NCBI GenBank assembly: GCA_934102055.1
Contig: CAKOSE010000003.1
Location: forward strand, 10,641-74,640
DNA: 64,000 bases
Direction: 5' to 3'
DNA from: an uncultured Bacilli bacterium
GTDB taxonomy: Bacteria > Bacillota_I > Bacilli_A > RF39 > UBA660
Of this stretch, positions 27,501-35,219 are shown piece after piece. Position numbers and translations under genes: made by a program. The stretch's first letter is position 1. Every line of letters begins with the position of its first letter. Under the pieces are notes generated by a model. It was not told the DNA's origin. It searched no databases and saw only the letters and a program-made list of their open reading frames with translations.

Positions 27501-28151
27501 TGGGATGTATCAAAAGTAACATATATGGTTGCAATGTTTTCTTCTGCGGGCAAAAGTGCTACAGCATGGTCGATAGGGAACCTATCAACTTGGAACACAT
27601 CAAAAGTAACTAATATGCGTTACATGTTTGCCTTTTCAGGTAAAAGCTCCACAACATGGACTATAGGAGATATATCAAGCTGGGATACATCAAATGTAAC
27701 AGATATGGGTTTTATGTTCTCCGAAGTAGGTTATAGTGCTACAACATTTAATTTGGATTTGTCAAACTGGGATACGTCAAAGGTAACAACAATGAATAAT
27801 ATGTTTAAATCTGCAGGTTATAGCACTACAGGTGCGGCTTCGGTTAATGTATACAATTGGAATGTTTCTAACGTAACAGATATGGGTAGTATGTTTTCTA
27901 GTGCTTTTTCTAAAGCAAACTCCATTCGTATTGATTTTTCTGAATGGGATACATCAAATGTGACAAATATGTACAAAATGTTTGATAACATGGGTAAAAC
28001 TGGCACTCAATGGCGGGTTTATATTCCAACAAAAACGGGTAGTTTAACTAACACAAGTTCTATATGGTATGGTTCTTCTCTAGACGTATATGCAACTGGG
28101 CAATTTCTTAAGAAAAATTCATCCGGAGGTGGAGGAGGCTCTTCTAGTTAA
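24510..28151 (+). CDS. large mosaic surface protein: TasA-like N-module, Listeria-Bacteroides (Flg_new) repeats, inserted beta-rich domain, Ig-like region, DUF285/BspA-type leucine-rich repeats
   Basis: One N-terminal TM/signal. aa 1-195 are paralogous to 33388 and 47318. aa 201-745 carry five YxVxYxxNGG...GYxFLGW...LYAIW repeats. aa ~885-1165 carry about ten xWDTSxVTxMxxMF repeats. Ends in GGGGGSSS with no LPXTG. Confidence 0.85.
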   Translation: MNNEKKSNKLKIVTFILMILLVLTGTSYAIITWSYEGKTDNLLSTPDISFRFLESNKEVIGIENGVPMTDEQGMNQTGTGNVFDFEVKSKFNANTDVKYTVSLEKLTIDSGKTQIPEDEIKIYVEDFEGKTVLKPTKISDLDNYNLFIKTDRHSKDNEEISSKYRLKVWLDESVDVFTNQNRQYKFKINVGTTEQEQNPNQTYNLVYNLNGGTGNISSTSFKVGNKVTITSTVPTKDGYKFLGWSTNKNNSNAEYTSGEQVSLTNAYNNNVTLYAIWQSNAYTVKYDSNSGAGTMTDSSFKYGESKKLTKNTFTKEGYTFLGWNTDKTKQEALYTDEQVVSNLIKSGNSVTLYAIWKANTYTVKYDNNGGNGSIENTTFTYGESKKLTKNTFTKTGYTFLGWNTDKEATTVLYTDEKQVSNLTKENNKIITLYAIWKANTYTVKYDNNGGVGTISNSTFTYNQTKSLTKNTFTKDGYKFLGWNTDKYSTKALYTDEQQVSNLTIKNNDTITLYAIWEEITYTVKYNANGGAIKDVQSIEPDVDYYPGGGSLIEKGENWTKEGDVYKSRDFTTDLDSLLFSPITVEKASVLSLDVVVSQKEENMIMVGLLSSDFENILERKMIPGTPGLTDESNLPYQTIEFSLEPGSYILGFETANYNPSEGLNRAYVKNIKITSSSDKTMEDSVFKGSSKLSKNLYQRDHYIFKGWSLDQNATSATYQDEQQVSGLAAKENDTVNLYAIWEKEKYNVNVVVQNGTVDTASKQIPYNENGTFNLTSNSEGAVGIVTCTNNQIGQIENNVLTVSNVSASTTCTVMFIKESTTLYEDGTLIINENAKNRITNLSTHGNITKEYEPMSDSNSYVMNFSSQPWKNERSSIKSVEIGQKTGPISTAWWFYYLTNMEEGDFTNLDTSSVTNMQSMFESAGESSTTFELTGLNNFDTSKVTDMGRTFSNTGKAATNFDIGDLSNWNTSSVTSMGSMFNEAGSSATTWSIGDLSNWDVSKVTYMVAMFSSAGKSATAWSIGNLSTWNTSKVTNMRYMFAFSGKSSTTWTIGDISSWDTSNVTDMGFMFSEVGYSATTFNLDLSNWDTSKVTTMNNMFKSAGYSTTGAASVNVYNWNVSNVTDMGSMFSSAFSKANSIRIDFSEWDTSNVTNMYKMFDNMGKTGTQWRVYIPTKTGSLTNTSSIWYGSSLDVYATGQFLKKNSSGGGGGSSS
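25110..26069 (+). repeat. four tandem ~234-240 nt coding repeats (Flg_new units)
   Basis: Units start near 25110, 25344, 25581 and 25821. The middle units share identical runs of up to about 30 nt, e.g. ggatatacattcctaggatggaatacagataaa. Confidence 0.85.
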
Positions 28152-28186
28152 ACCCTCTAATAATATAAAAAAACACCATTTTCAAG

Positions 28187-28215
28187 TTGACAATTACATA
28201 AAAAGGCTTTAAACT
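28187..28215 (+). promoter_or_regulatory. sigma-A promoter for the T-box leader
   Basis: TTGACA (28187-28192), 17-nt spacer, TAAACT (28210-28215). Confidence 0.6.
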
Positions 28216-28221
28216 ATGTTT

Positions 28222-28420
28222 AAAGGCAAAGAAGAGGACATGGTAAATAAACTATTATTATAGAGAGTTAGTGTTTGGTGTAAACTAATATAATATTTAT
28301 TTATTACTACCTATGAGCTGATCTAGAAATAGATATCCGGTTTATTTCCGTTACTGATGAAAGTTATAAGGTAGGATGGTACCGCGTCTTAACGCTCCTT
28401 TTTAGGAGCTTTTTATTTTG
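28222..28420 (+). promoter_or_regulatory. T-box riboswitch leader, Thr specifier
   Basis: Stem I elements AGAGAGT and GGTGTAA (28262-28282). Candidate specifier ACU/ACC at 28305-28310. T-box core AAGGTAGGATGGTACCGCG (28368-28386). Terminator GCTCCT (28394-28399) with AGGAGC (28404-28409), then TTTTTATTTT. Confidence 0.85.
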
Positions 28421-28435
28421 TAGGAGGTTTTTATA

Positions 28436-28960
28436 ATGGCTGAAGTAAAAAATTTTAAAGAGTATATATCTTATTATATTTCTATTGATGATTATTTTCA
28501 TATGTTTTATAATTTCAAAAAAGGAACATTTATAAATATGACACATGGTAATATAAAAAGAATGTTTCCATTTATTGAAACAATATCAAGTGATAGAGTT
28601 ACTCGTGAAGATATCCTAAGAGGCTTTGTTCTTCTAGTAAGAGATGAATCCCATAATATTATGGCTTATTCAAATCCCTTTGTTCTAGAAGATATAAACT
28701 CTTGTATGGATAAAATCTTAGAAAACGATCAAGTATCTTGCGAAAGTCCTTTACCACAAGAAGAAGACTTCGATGAGTCCACGATCTGTGATATGAATAG
28801 ATATGAACTTGCATCTTTTAAAAAGAAACTACTTAGTAACCATGATTATAAAACTGCAAGAGAAGTTTCAAAAGAACTATATTTTAAAAGTAGACAAGAA
28901 CATGGAACCAAAAAAAGTAAAATTAGAAAATTATTAAAAAAAGAAAATAGAGAGGAATGA
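28436..28960 (+). CDS. hypothetical protein located between the T-box leader and thrS
   Basis: Strong SD GTAGGAGG. Its stop lies 4 nt before the thrS ATG. Aromatic-rich N-half, acidic middle, Lys-rich tail. No family recognised. Confidence 0.6.
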   Translation: MAEVKNFKEYISYYISIDDYFHMFYNFKKGTFINMTHGNIKRMFPFIETISSDRVTREDILRGFVLLVRDESHNIMAYSNPFVLEDINSCMDKILENDQVSCESPLPQEEDFDESTICDMNRYELASFKKKLLSNHDYKTAREVSKELYFKSRQEHGTKKSKIRKLLKKENREE

Positions 28961-28964
28961 TTAT

Positions 28965-30722
28965 ATGATAAATATTAAAAATGATGAAAAACTAAACGTA
29001 CTTAACCATAGCTGTGCCCATTTACTTGCACATGCAATTAAACATTTATATCCAGATGCTAAGTTTTGGGTAGGCCCTGTTATTGATACAGGATTCTATT
29101 ATGATATGGATTTAGGAGAAGCTGTAATAAGTGAATTTGACTTTCCTGCTATTGAAGCAGAAATGAAAAAAATCGTAAAAAGCGGAAAAAGAATATATCG
29201 TGAAGAAATCTCAAGAGAAGAAGCCCTTGAAAGATTTAAAGACGATCCCTATAAAATAGATCTAATAAACGAAATGGATAAAGACGCAGTAATATCTTGT
29301 TACACTCAAGGAGACTTTACAGATCTTTGCCGTGGCCCTCACGTAGATAACGTAAAACTTCTTAAAAACTTTAGTCTACTTAAAGTAAGCGGAGCATATT
29401 ACAAAGGAGACTCTAAAAAACAAGTACTTCAAAGAATATATGGAGTATGTCTTGATACAAAACCACATCTAGAAAAATATCTAAAAGAACTAGAAGAAGC
29501 AAAAGAAAGAGATCATCGTAAAATCGGTAAAAATCTAGGAATCTTCATGACAGACGATCTAGTAGGACGTGGTCTTCCTATGTTCTTACCTAACGGTTAT
29601 ATTATCTGGGAAGAACTAGAAAACTACATCAAAGGAAAAGAAAGAAAACTAGGTTACCAACATGTACTTACTCCATGCGTAGGAAATGTAGAACTTTACA
29701 AAACAAGTGGTCACTGGGATCACTATAAAGAAAACATGTTTCCAGCCATGGAAGTAGATGGAGAAAGTTTTGTCCTTCGTCCTATGAACTGTCCTCATCA
29801 CATGATGATCTATGACAATGGACTTCATTCTTACAAAGATTTACCTATCAGAATCGGAGAAATAGCACATGACTTTAGATACGAAGCAAGCGGAGCAGTC
29901 AAAGGTATAGAAAGAGGAAGACACTTCTGTCAAAACGATGCCCATCTTTTCGTAACACCAGAACAAATCAAATCAGAATTCGAAAATGTCGTTAATTTAA
30001 TATTTGACGTTTACAAAGACTTTAACATAACTGATTATCGTTGTGTCCTATCTCTAAGAGATCCAGAAGACAAAGAAAAATACTATCCAGATGATGAAAT
30101 GTGGAACAAAGCCGAAAACGAACTTCGCCTCGTTATGAACGAACTAGGCATTAGTTATACAGAAGAAATAGGAGAAGCAGCATTCTACGGACCAAAACTT
30201 GACGTTAACGTAAAACCCGCAGTAGGAAACGAAATAACACTATCAACTTGTCAACTAGATTTCTGTTTACCAAAAAAATTCGAACTTCAATACGTAGACA
30301 AAGACGGAACCCGTAAAACTCCAGTTGTCCTTCATAGAGCAATCCTAGGTTCCCTAGATAGATTTATAGCATACATCCTAGAAGAAACAAAAGGACACCT
30401 TCCACTATGGCTATCCCCAGTTCAAATAAACATTCTCCCAGTTAGAAACGAATATCACCTAGAATATGCCAAATCCTTATACGAAAAATTCAGTAATGAA
30501 GGCTTCAGAGTAAATCTAGACGATAGAGAAGAAAAACTAGGTTACAGAATGAGAGAAGCCCAAATGAAAAAATATTGTTATAACCTAATAATAGGACAAA
30601 GCGAAGTAGATAGTAATACTGTAAGCTATAGAACTCACGGAGTAGAAGAAACAGTAACAATAGATGTTGATAGCTTTATTAAACTAATAAGAGAGGAAAT
30701 AATTAAAAGAGGAAGGGCCTAG
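28965..30722 (+). CDS. thrS: threonine-tRNA ligase lacking the N-terminal TGS domain
   Basis: Begins directly at the editing-domain motif HSCAHLLAHAIKHLYP. Also GPVIDTGFYYD, RDHRKIG, class II core (RPMNCPHHM, FRYEASG, GFTQ-equivalent RHFCQNDAH, GPKLD, HRAILGS) and an anticodon-binding domain; 585 aa. Confidence 0.95.
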   Translation: MINIKNDEKLNVLNHSCAHLLAHAIKHLYPDAKFWVGPVIDTGFYYDMDLGEAVISEFDFPAIEAEMKKIVKSGKRIYREEISREEALERFKDDPYKIDLINEMDKDAVISCYTQGDFTDLCRGPHVDNVKLLKNFSLLKVSGAYYKGDSKKQVLQRIYGVCLDTKPHLEKYLKELEEAKERDHRKIGKNLGIFMTDDLVGRGLPMFLPNGYIIWEELENYIKGKERKLGYQHVLTPCVGNVELYKTSGHWDHYKENMFPAMEVDGESFVLRPMNCPHHMMIYDNGLHSYKDLPIRIGEIAHDFRYEASGAVKGIERGRHFCQNDAHLFVTPEQIKSEFENVVNLIFDVYKDFNITDYRCVLSLRDPEDKEKYYPDDEMWNKAENELRLVMNELGISYTEEIGEAAFYGPKLDVNVKPAVGNEITLSTCQLDFCLPKKFELQYVDKDGTRKTPVVLHRAILGSLDRFIAYILEETKGHLPLWLSPVQINILPVRNEYHLEYAKSLYEKFSNEGFRVNLDDREEKLGYRMREAQMKKYCYNLIIGQSEVDSNTVSYRTHGVEETVTIDVDSFIKLIREEIIKRGRA

Positions 30723-30749
30723 TCTCTTTTTCTTACTTTAGGTGGTACT

Positions 30750-31295
30750 ATGAATAGAAAAATAAAATCAGAAAATATAGATAAACTATTAATAAAAAAA
30801 TATAAAGAAAACAACACCTTCAAAAAAGGAGTTTTCACTCTATATGAAGACCCAATGGAACTTATAAACGATACCCCTCTACTAGTAAAAAGATTCTGTC
30901 TAATGTACGATTTTGATCTATCAAACGTATCAGACACAAGAAAAGCCTATAAATACGCTAACGATTACACAATGTTTTATCTATTAGACAAACTAAAAAC
31001 AATAATTCTATCAGGAAAAGGGTTCAATACAAAAGACGCCTATCAACTAGCAGAATCACTAATTAAAGTATACAACGACTCAAAAACAGTCTTTAACGAT
31101 GAAATAGTAATAGGAAGAACAAATGAAGAAATACTTATGCACGATTATAAAATAAGAAACAAAGAACTCTTCAAAGTATATGCAAAAAACAGAGAAGAAA
31201 ACATCGAATATGAAGTTCCATCATATATTGAATCCTGTAAAGGAAAACAATACACATATGAAGACGTATTCAGTGCCAAAGGAATGAGACCTTGA
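30750..31295 (+). CDS. hypothetical protein, translationally coupled to the downstream kinase-like gene
   Basis: SD AGGTGG. Starts 27 nt after the thrS stop. Its stop TGA overlaps the next start. No family recognised. Confidence 0.55.
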   Translation: MNRKIKSENIDKLLIKKYKENNTFKKGVFTLYEDPMELINDTPLLVKRFCLMYDFDLSNVSDTRKAYKYANDYTMFYLLDKLKTIILSGKGFNTKDAYQLAESLIKVYNDSKTVFNDEIVIGRTNEEILMHDYKIRNKELFKVYAKNREENIEYEVPSYIESCKGKQYTYEDVFSAKGMRP

Positions 31296-32209
31296 GAATA
31301 AAAAACATTTCAAGTGCTAAGTTTTCAAGATTAAAAAAATTACCAGTTCCAGCTAATGTATTTAATACCGAATCATCAATATTTGTTGTTGAAAGTAAAG
31401 ATAAATGGAAAAAAGACAAAAAAGTATTCAAAAGACTATACATAACCGAAGGAGAAGTCTTCAGTAATAAACTATATACCATAAATGAAGAAATAGATAA
31501 AAGAGACATCATAGGTCTAAAAGAACTAATCTTACCAAAAGAACTAATCTCTGTAGGAGGAGATATAGTAGGCTTTTCAATGCCATATGTAAACGGAATT
31601 AATCTAAGAACAGCATTCTCATCATTTGAATTCTCAACCTCAGATAAAATAAAATTTCTAAAAGAAATCGGCTACATTCTAGAAAAAATGAAATACATTA
31701 GAAAATACAATAAAGACAAAGGCCTAGGAGGTTTTTACATAAATGATCTTCATGCTAGTAACTTTATTCTAAATCTAGATACAAAAACAATTAATGTAGT
31801 AGATATGGATAGTGCCAAAATAGGAAACAATCTAGCAATGCCCTCTAGATATTTAAACAACAAATCAAATATTAATCATATAAATAAATATAAAAAGTGT
31901 CCAAATAATGTCGGAGGACTATTCGAACCATCATATGACACAGAAATCTATTGCTATATCATGGTTATTTTCGAATATATCTTTGGAAGAGGTATGCAAA
32001 ATCTTGATATGAAAGAGTTCTATTCATATTTACAGTATCTATGCGATATAAAAGTTCCAAAAGAACTAATAGATAAATTTGCTCTAATATATATGGAGCC
32101 CCATAACGAAAATCCCTGTCACTTACTAGAATCCCTAGAAGAATTTTATGGAAAAACATCCAAACAAGCTTTTTACCACGTTCGTGAGAAGAAAGGAATT
32201 AATTTTTAG
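31292..32209 (+). CDS. protein kinase-like fold protein (APH/CotS/ePK-like, atypical)
   Basis: Catalytic-loop-like INDLHASNFIL (D152, N157), DFG-equivalent VVDMDS (D171), candidate beta-3 Lys in KKVFKRLY, helical C-lobe TEIYCYIMVIFEYIFG. No Gly-rich loop. TTG start overlaps the upstream stop. Confidence 0.5.
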   Translation: MRIKNISSAKFSRLKKLPVPANVFNTESSIFVVESKDKWKKDKKVFKRLYITEGEVFSNKLYTINEEIDKRDIIGLKELILPKELISVGGDIVGFSMPYVNGINLRTAFSSFEFSTSDKIKFLKEIGYILEKMKYIRKYNKDKGLGGFYINDLHASNFILNLDTKTINVVDMDSAKIGNNLAMPSRYLNNKSNINHINKYKKCPNNVGGLFEPSYDTEIYCYIMVIFEYIFGRGMQNLDMKEFYSYLQYLCDIKVPKELIDKFALIYMEPHNENPCHLLESLEEFYGKTSKQAFYHVREKKGINF

Positions 32210-32270
32210 TTTTTTGTTTCCAATATAAATTTTATATGTTAGAATATATTTATAATGAGGTGATACTTTT

Positions 32271-32795
32271 ATGAAATTAAACACTAATAAAAGGGATATT
32301 CCCTTTAAAAATTATATAACACTTGGAATTATTATTATATGTACCTTACTTATTTCTATGTATGTATTCTCTTGGTATAGACAATATAGTAGTCACAAAA
32401 TAAATAAACCAATAATTACAGAAGCATTAAGAGAAGTAGAATATGATAACCTAGATGACGTTCTTCAAGAAAGAGATATTCTCATCATGTATCTTTGTAC
32501 AACAGATGAAGATATCTGTAGAAGTTTTGAAAAAAAATTCAAAGACTACGTAAAGAAAAACAATCTAACAGACGAAATTATTTATCTTAACCTTGGTTAC
32601 TCAAGAGACGAAACAGATCTTTTAAACAAAGTTTACCTAAAATATAAAAGTGATAACCTAGTAAAAAAAGTATTCGGTTATCCAACACTACTAATCTTTA
32701 ATCAAGGAAAAATAGTAGATGTTTTAAGCTCAAATAACAAAAACAAAGTAGACATAGAAGAAGTGAATGAATTCCTAGAGGGTTATGAATTATGA
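32271..32795 (+). CDS. membrane-anchored thioredoxin-fold-like protein without CxxC
   Basis: One N-terminal TM. The topology ILIMYLCTTDEDIC...YPTLLIFNQGKIVD resembles a thioredoxin fold, but the Cys residues are spaced C-x7-C. Confidence 0.4.
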   Translation: MKLNTNKRDIPFKNYITLGIIIICTLLISMYVFSWYRQYSSHKINKPIITEALREVEYDNLDDVLQERDILIMYLCTTDEDICRSFEKKFKDYVKKNNLTDEIIYLNLGYSRDETDLLNKVYLKYKSDNLVKKVFGYPTLLIFNQGKIVDVLSSNNKNKVDIEEVNEFLEGYEL

Positions 32796-33307
32796 TAAAT
32801 ATAGTTTTATTCGAACCAGAAATACCACAAAACACTGGTAATATAATGAGAAGCTGTGTCGCAACAGGAAGCAAACTTCATTTAATAAAACCACTAGGTT
32901 TCTCCCTAGACGAAAAAAGCATCAAAAGAAGTGGAGCCAATTATATAGATAAACTAGATTACAAAGTATATGAAAACTTCGATGAGTTTCAAAAAGAAAA
33001 CAAAGGTTCTTACTATTATTTCACTAGATATGGAAAAAAAGCCCATAGCAACTTCGATTACAGTAACAAAGAAGAAAACATTTACCTAATATTCGGAAGA
33101 GAATCAACAGGTATAGATAAAAAAATACTAAAAGGAAACCTAGATAAATGTATTAGAATCCCTATGCTCAGTGACGTAAGAAGTCTTAATCTTTCCAACT
33201 GCGTTGCAATAGTCCTATATGAAGTACTTAGACAACAAGATTATAACAATTTACTTAAGTATGAACCCCATAAAGGAAAAAATTTTCTAGAAGACTTAGA
33301 TCTATAA
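32792..33307 (+). CDS. trmL: tRNA (cytidine/uridine(34)-2'-O)-methyltransferase TrmL (SpoU/TrmH family)
   Basis: IVLFEPEIPQNTGNIMRSC, LIFGRESTG, RSLNLSNCVAIVLYE. The ATG overlaps the upstream stop (ATGA). Confidence 0.85.
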   Translation: MINIVLFEPEIPQNTGNIMRSCVATGSKLHLIKPLGFSLDEKSIKRSGANYIDKLDYKVYENFDEFQKENKGSYYYFTRYGKKAHSNFDYSNKEENIYLIFGRESTGIDKKILKGNLDKCIRIPMLSDVRSLNLSNCVAIVLYEVLRQQDYNNLLKYEPHKGKNFLEDLDL

Positions 33308-33325
33308 GTTTTCTTTTTTTTATGC

Positions 33326-33354
33326 TTGATTATAAAAAAAAAATAGTGTAAAAT
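33326..33354 (+). promoter_or_regulatory. sigma-A promoter with an A10 homopolymer in the spacer
   Basis: TTGATT (33326-33331), 17-nt spacer containing A10 (33334-33343), TAAAAT (33349-33354). Confidence 0.5.
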
Positions 33355-33387
33355 AATTTATAGAATAATACTAGGATAGTGATAATA

Positions 33388-33957
33388 ATGAATAGATTTA
33401 GAAATGTTTTCAGTGTTTTTATTGTTATATTTGGACTTGTATTAATGTTTGTCGGAGTAAGCTATGCCATTCTAAGTGGTAACGTCTCATCAGGAAATGA
33501 ACACATTATAAAAACAGGAAGCGTTTGGCTTAAACTAACCGAAGATTACGATAGCATTTCCAAAAAACTTTCCATTCAAGAAGATTCCGAAGGACTCCTG
33601 CAAGAAGACTATTACACATTTAATATCAGTAACATAGGAAGTAGTCCTGCACAGTTCAGCATAAGTCTTGTAAATGATGTCCCAGAAGACTATACAGGAA
33701 ACGTACTTGATACAAAATACATAAAAGTAGGACTAGAAATAAATGGAAAAGAACACGGACCATTCACCCTAGAAAAAGTAAATAACATAATAGATAGTGA
33801 TATCATATATAAAAAAGAACTAGTAAATTATAAACTAAGACTATGGTTAGATAAAAGTAAAGAAGAAGAAATAAATAACTTCGAAGATTATAAACTCTTC
33901 TTAAAACTTAAAGTAAATGCAGAACAAAGATCTAATAACTTAGATAACGGATCTTAA
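33388..33957 (+). CDS. stand-alone TasA/camelysin-like module protein (paralog of the N-termini of 24510 and 47318)
   Basis: Signal/TM ending GVSYAIL, then TGSVWLKLTE, YTFNISN, NYKLRLWLDK and a terminal YKLFLKLKVNAEQ. ATG at 33388 after GTGATAATA; the track start at 33379 is a GTG in the SD. Confidence 0.6.
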   Translation: MNRFRNVFSVFIVIFGLVLMFVGVSYAILSGNVSSGNEHIIKTGSVWLKLTEDYDSISKKLSIQEDSEGLLQEDYYTFNISNIGSSPAQFSISLVNDVPEDYTGNVLDTKYIKVGLEINGKEHGPFTLEKVNNIIDSDIIYKKELVNYKLRLWLDKSKEEEINNFEDYKLFLKLKVNAEQRSNNLDNGS

Positions 33958-34001
33958 AATAATAAATATAACTTTCAATTTAAAAATCAATAAATCTTTT
34001 G

Positions 34002-34070
34002 AAACAGTATACTGAATCTTGATCAAAACTAAAAGTCATTTCAAGATCTGTATACTGTTTATTTTATAAG
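34002..34070 (+). terminator. long hairpin terminator
   Basis: AAACAGTATACTGAATCTTGA pairs with TCAAGATCTGTATACTGTTT (about 19 bp with a small bulge), followed by ATTTTAT. Confidence 0.6.
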
Positions 34071-34245
34071 AAAACTCTTACTTAGTTATAAAAAGACAAG
34101 TAAAGTTACAAAAACTTAAATGGGTTAAAATAAAAAGATATAGAAATAAAACAAAGATATAAAGAAAACAACTATATCACAAGATGTTAATGGTAAATAT
34201 TATGTATCACTTCTTATTTGAAAAGCTTTAGTATATAAAAAAAGC

Positions 34246-35181
34246 TTAATTCAAAGCCTCTTTATATACATTATCATTAAATTTATGTTGGGATACTTTA
34301 AGTTCTTTCAACTCATCATTATCTATTAATAAGAATATTTTTTCAAGTTTTTGAACACCAGTTTTGGTAATAGGATCATCCCAAGTAAGATCAAGATGTA
34401 ACCATTTCTTATTAACCTTAACTAAGTTCCAAACATGATTAGTACTAGCAATTTTATAATTATCTATACCAAATTCATATAAGAATATAGCCATTGCATC
34501 AGCATATGCACTACAAAGACCAACATGATCAATTAAAATATCATTCGCTTTATTATAACTCTTATCAGGATTTTTCTTTCTTATTTTATCAGTAGCATAT
34601 TTTCCATTATTTATAATATAATCGTGAATGACTTCAATTCTTTTCTTATCAGACATTTTTTTATTAATTTTTGATTTTATCACTTTATCAACTTTATCAT
34701 TTAAAACCTTTATATCCTCATCAGAATAAACTTTTTTAATATCTAAGTCAACTTGACCATAATTATCATAAGAAGCATTAATAACTTCAAAGGAATTATA
34801 AGGATGAACAAAATTATTTATATCTGATAGAACTTCCTTATCACTAGTAATACTAACAACATCCGAAGTACAATTCTTATAATTTTCATCACAATAAAAA
34901 GTAAACTTATTCATACCACTATTGATAACCGTATAAAATATATTTAAAAGATGTTTCTTATCTTTTGCAACAAAATCATTAGTGTTTTGAACATAGTAAT
35001 AATCCTTATCCTTATAATAATTATTTCTCGTAAGTTTTATATCATCTTTAACTTTTAATATATTCTCACGATAAAACATATAAATTTCATCTTTATAATT
35101 CGTTCCTATATAATAAAAACCACTTGCTATTAAAAAAGTAATAGCTAAAAATATAATCAATTTTTTCAAAATAATCACCAT
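34246..35181 (-). CDS. membrane-anchored transglutaminase-like cysteine protease-fold protein
   Basis: N-terminal TM. Cys-His-Asp core: GLCSAYADAMAIFL .. NHVWNLV .. HLDLTWDD. Confidence 0.7.
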   Translation of the reverse strand: MVIILKKLIIFLAITFLIASGFYYIGTNYKDEIYMFYRENILKVKDDIKLTRNNYYKDKDYYYVQNTNDFVAKDKKHLLNIFYTVINSGMNKFTFYCDENYKNCTSDVVSITSDKEVLSDINNFVHPYNSFEVINASYDNYGQVDLDIKKVYSDEDIKVLNDKVDKVIKSKINKKMSDKKRIEVIHDYIINNGKYATDKIRKKNPDKSYNKANDILIDHVGLCSAYADAMAIFLYEFGIDNYKIASTNHVWNLVKVNKKWLHLDLTWDDPITKTGVQKLEKIFLLIDNDELKELKVSQHKFNDNVYKEALN

Positions 35182-35219
35182 CTATATTCTAACAAAAAAA
35201 AATAAAGTAATCAATATTA

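Noticed and set aside
27194-27598. A 134-aa antisense ORF inside the DUF285 repeat region of the large surface protein.
   Set aside because: Its repetitive translation mirrors the sense-strand repeats, it has no ribosome-binding site, and it lies wholly inside a well-supported CDS.
33375-33392. An identical GTGATAATAATGAA string at the starts of three genes (33388, 37891, 48894), considered as evidence for a duplicated 5' cassette.
   Set aside because: The similarity does not extend beyond the SD (GGTGAT), the spacer and the ATG-AAx codons. This is best explained as a favoured translation-initiation context in an AT-rich genome.
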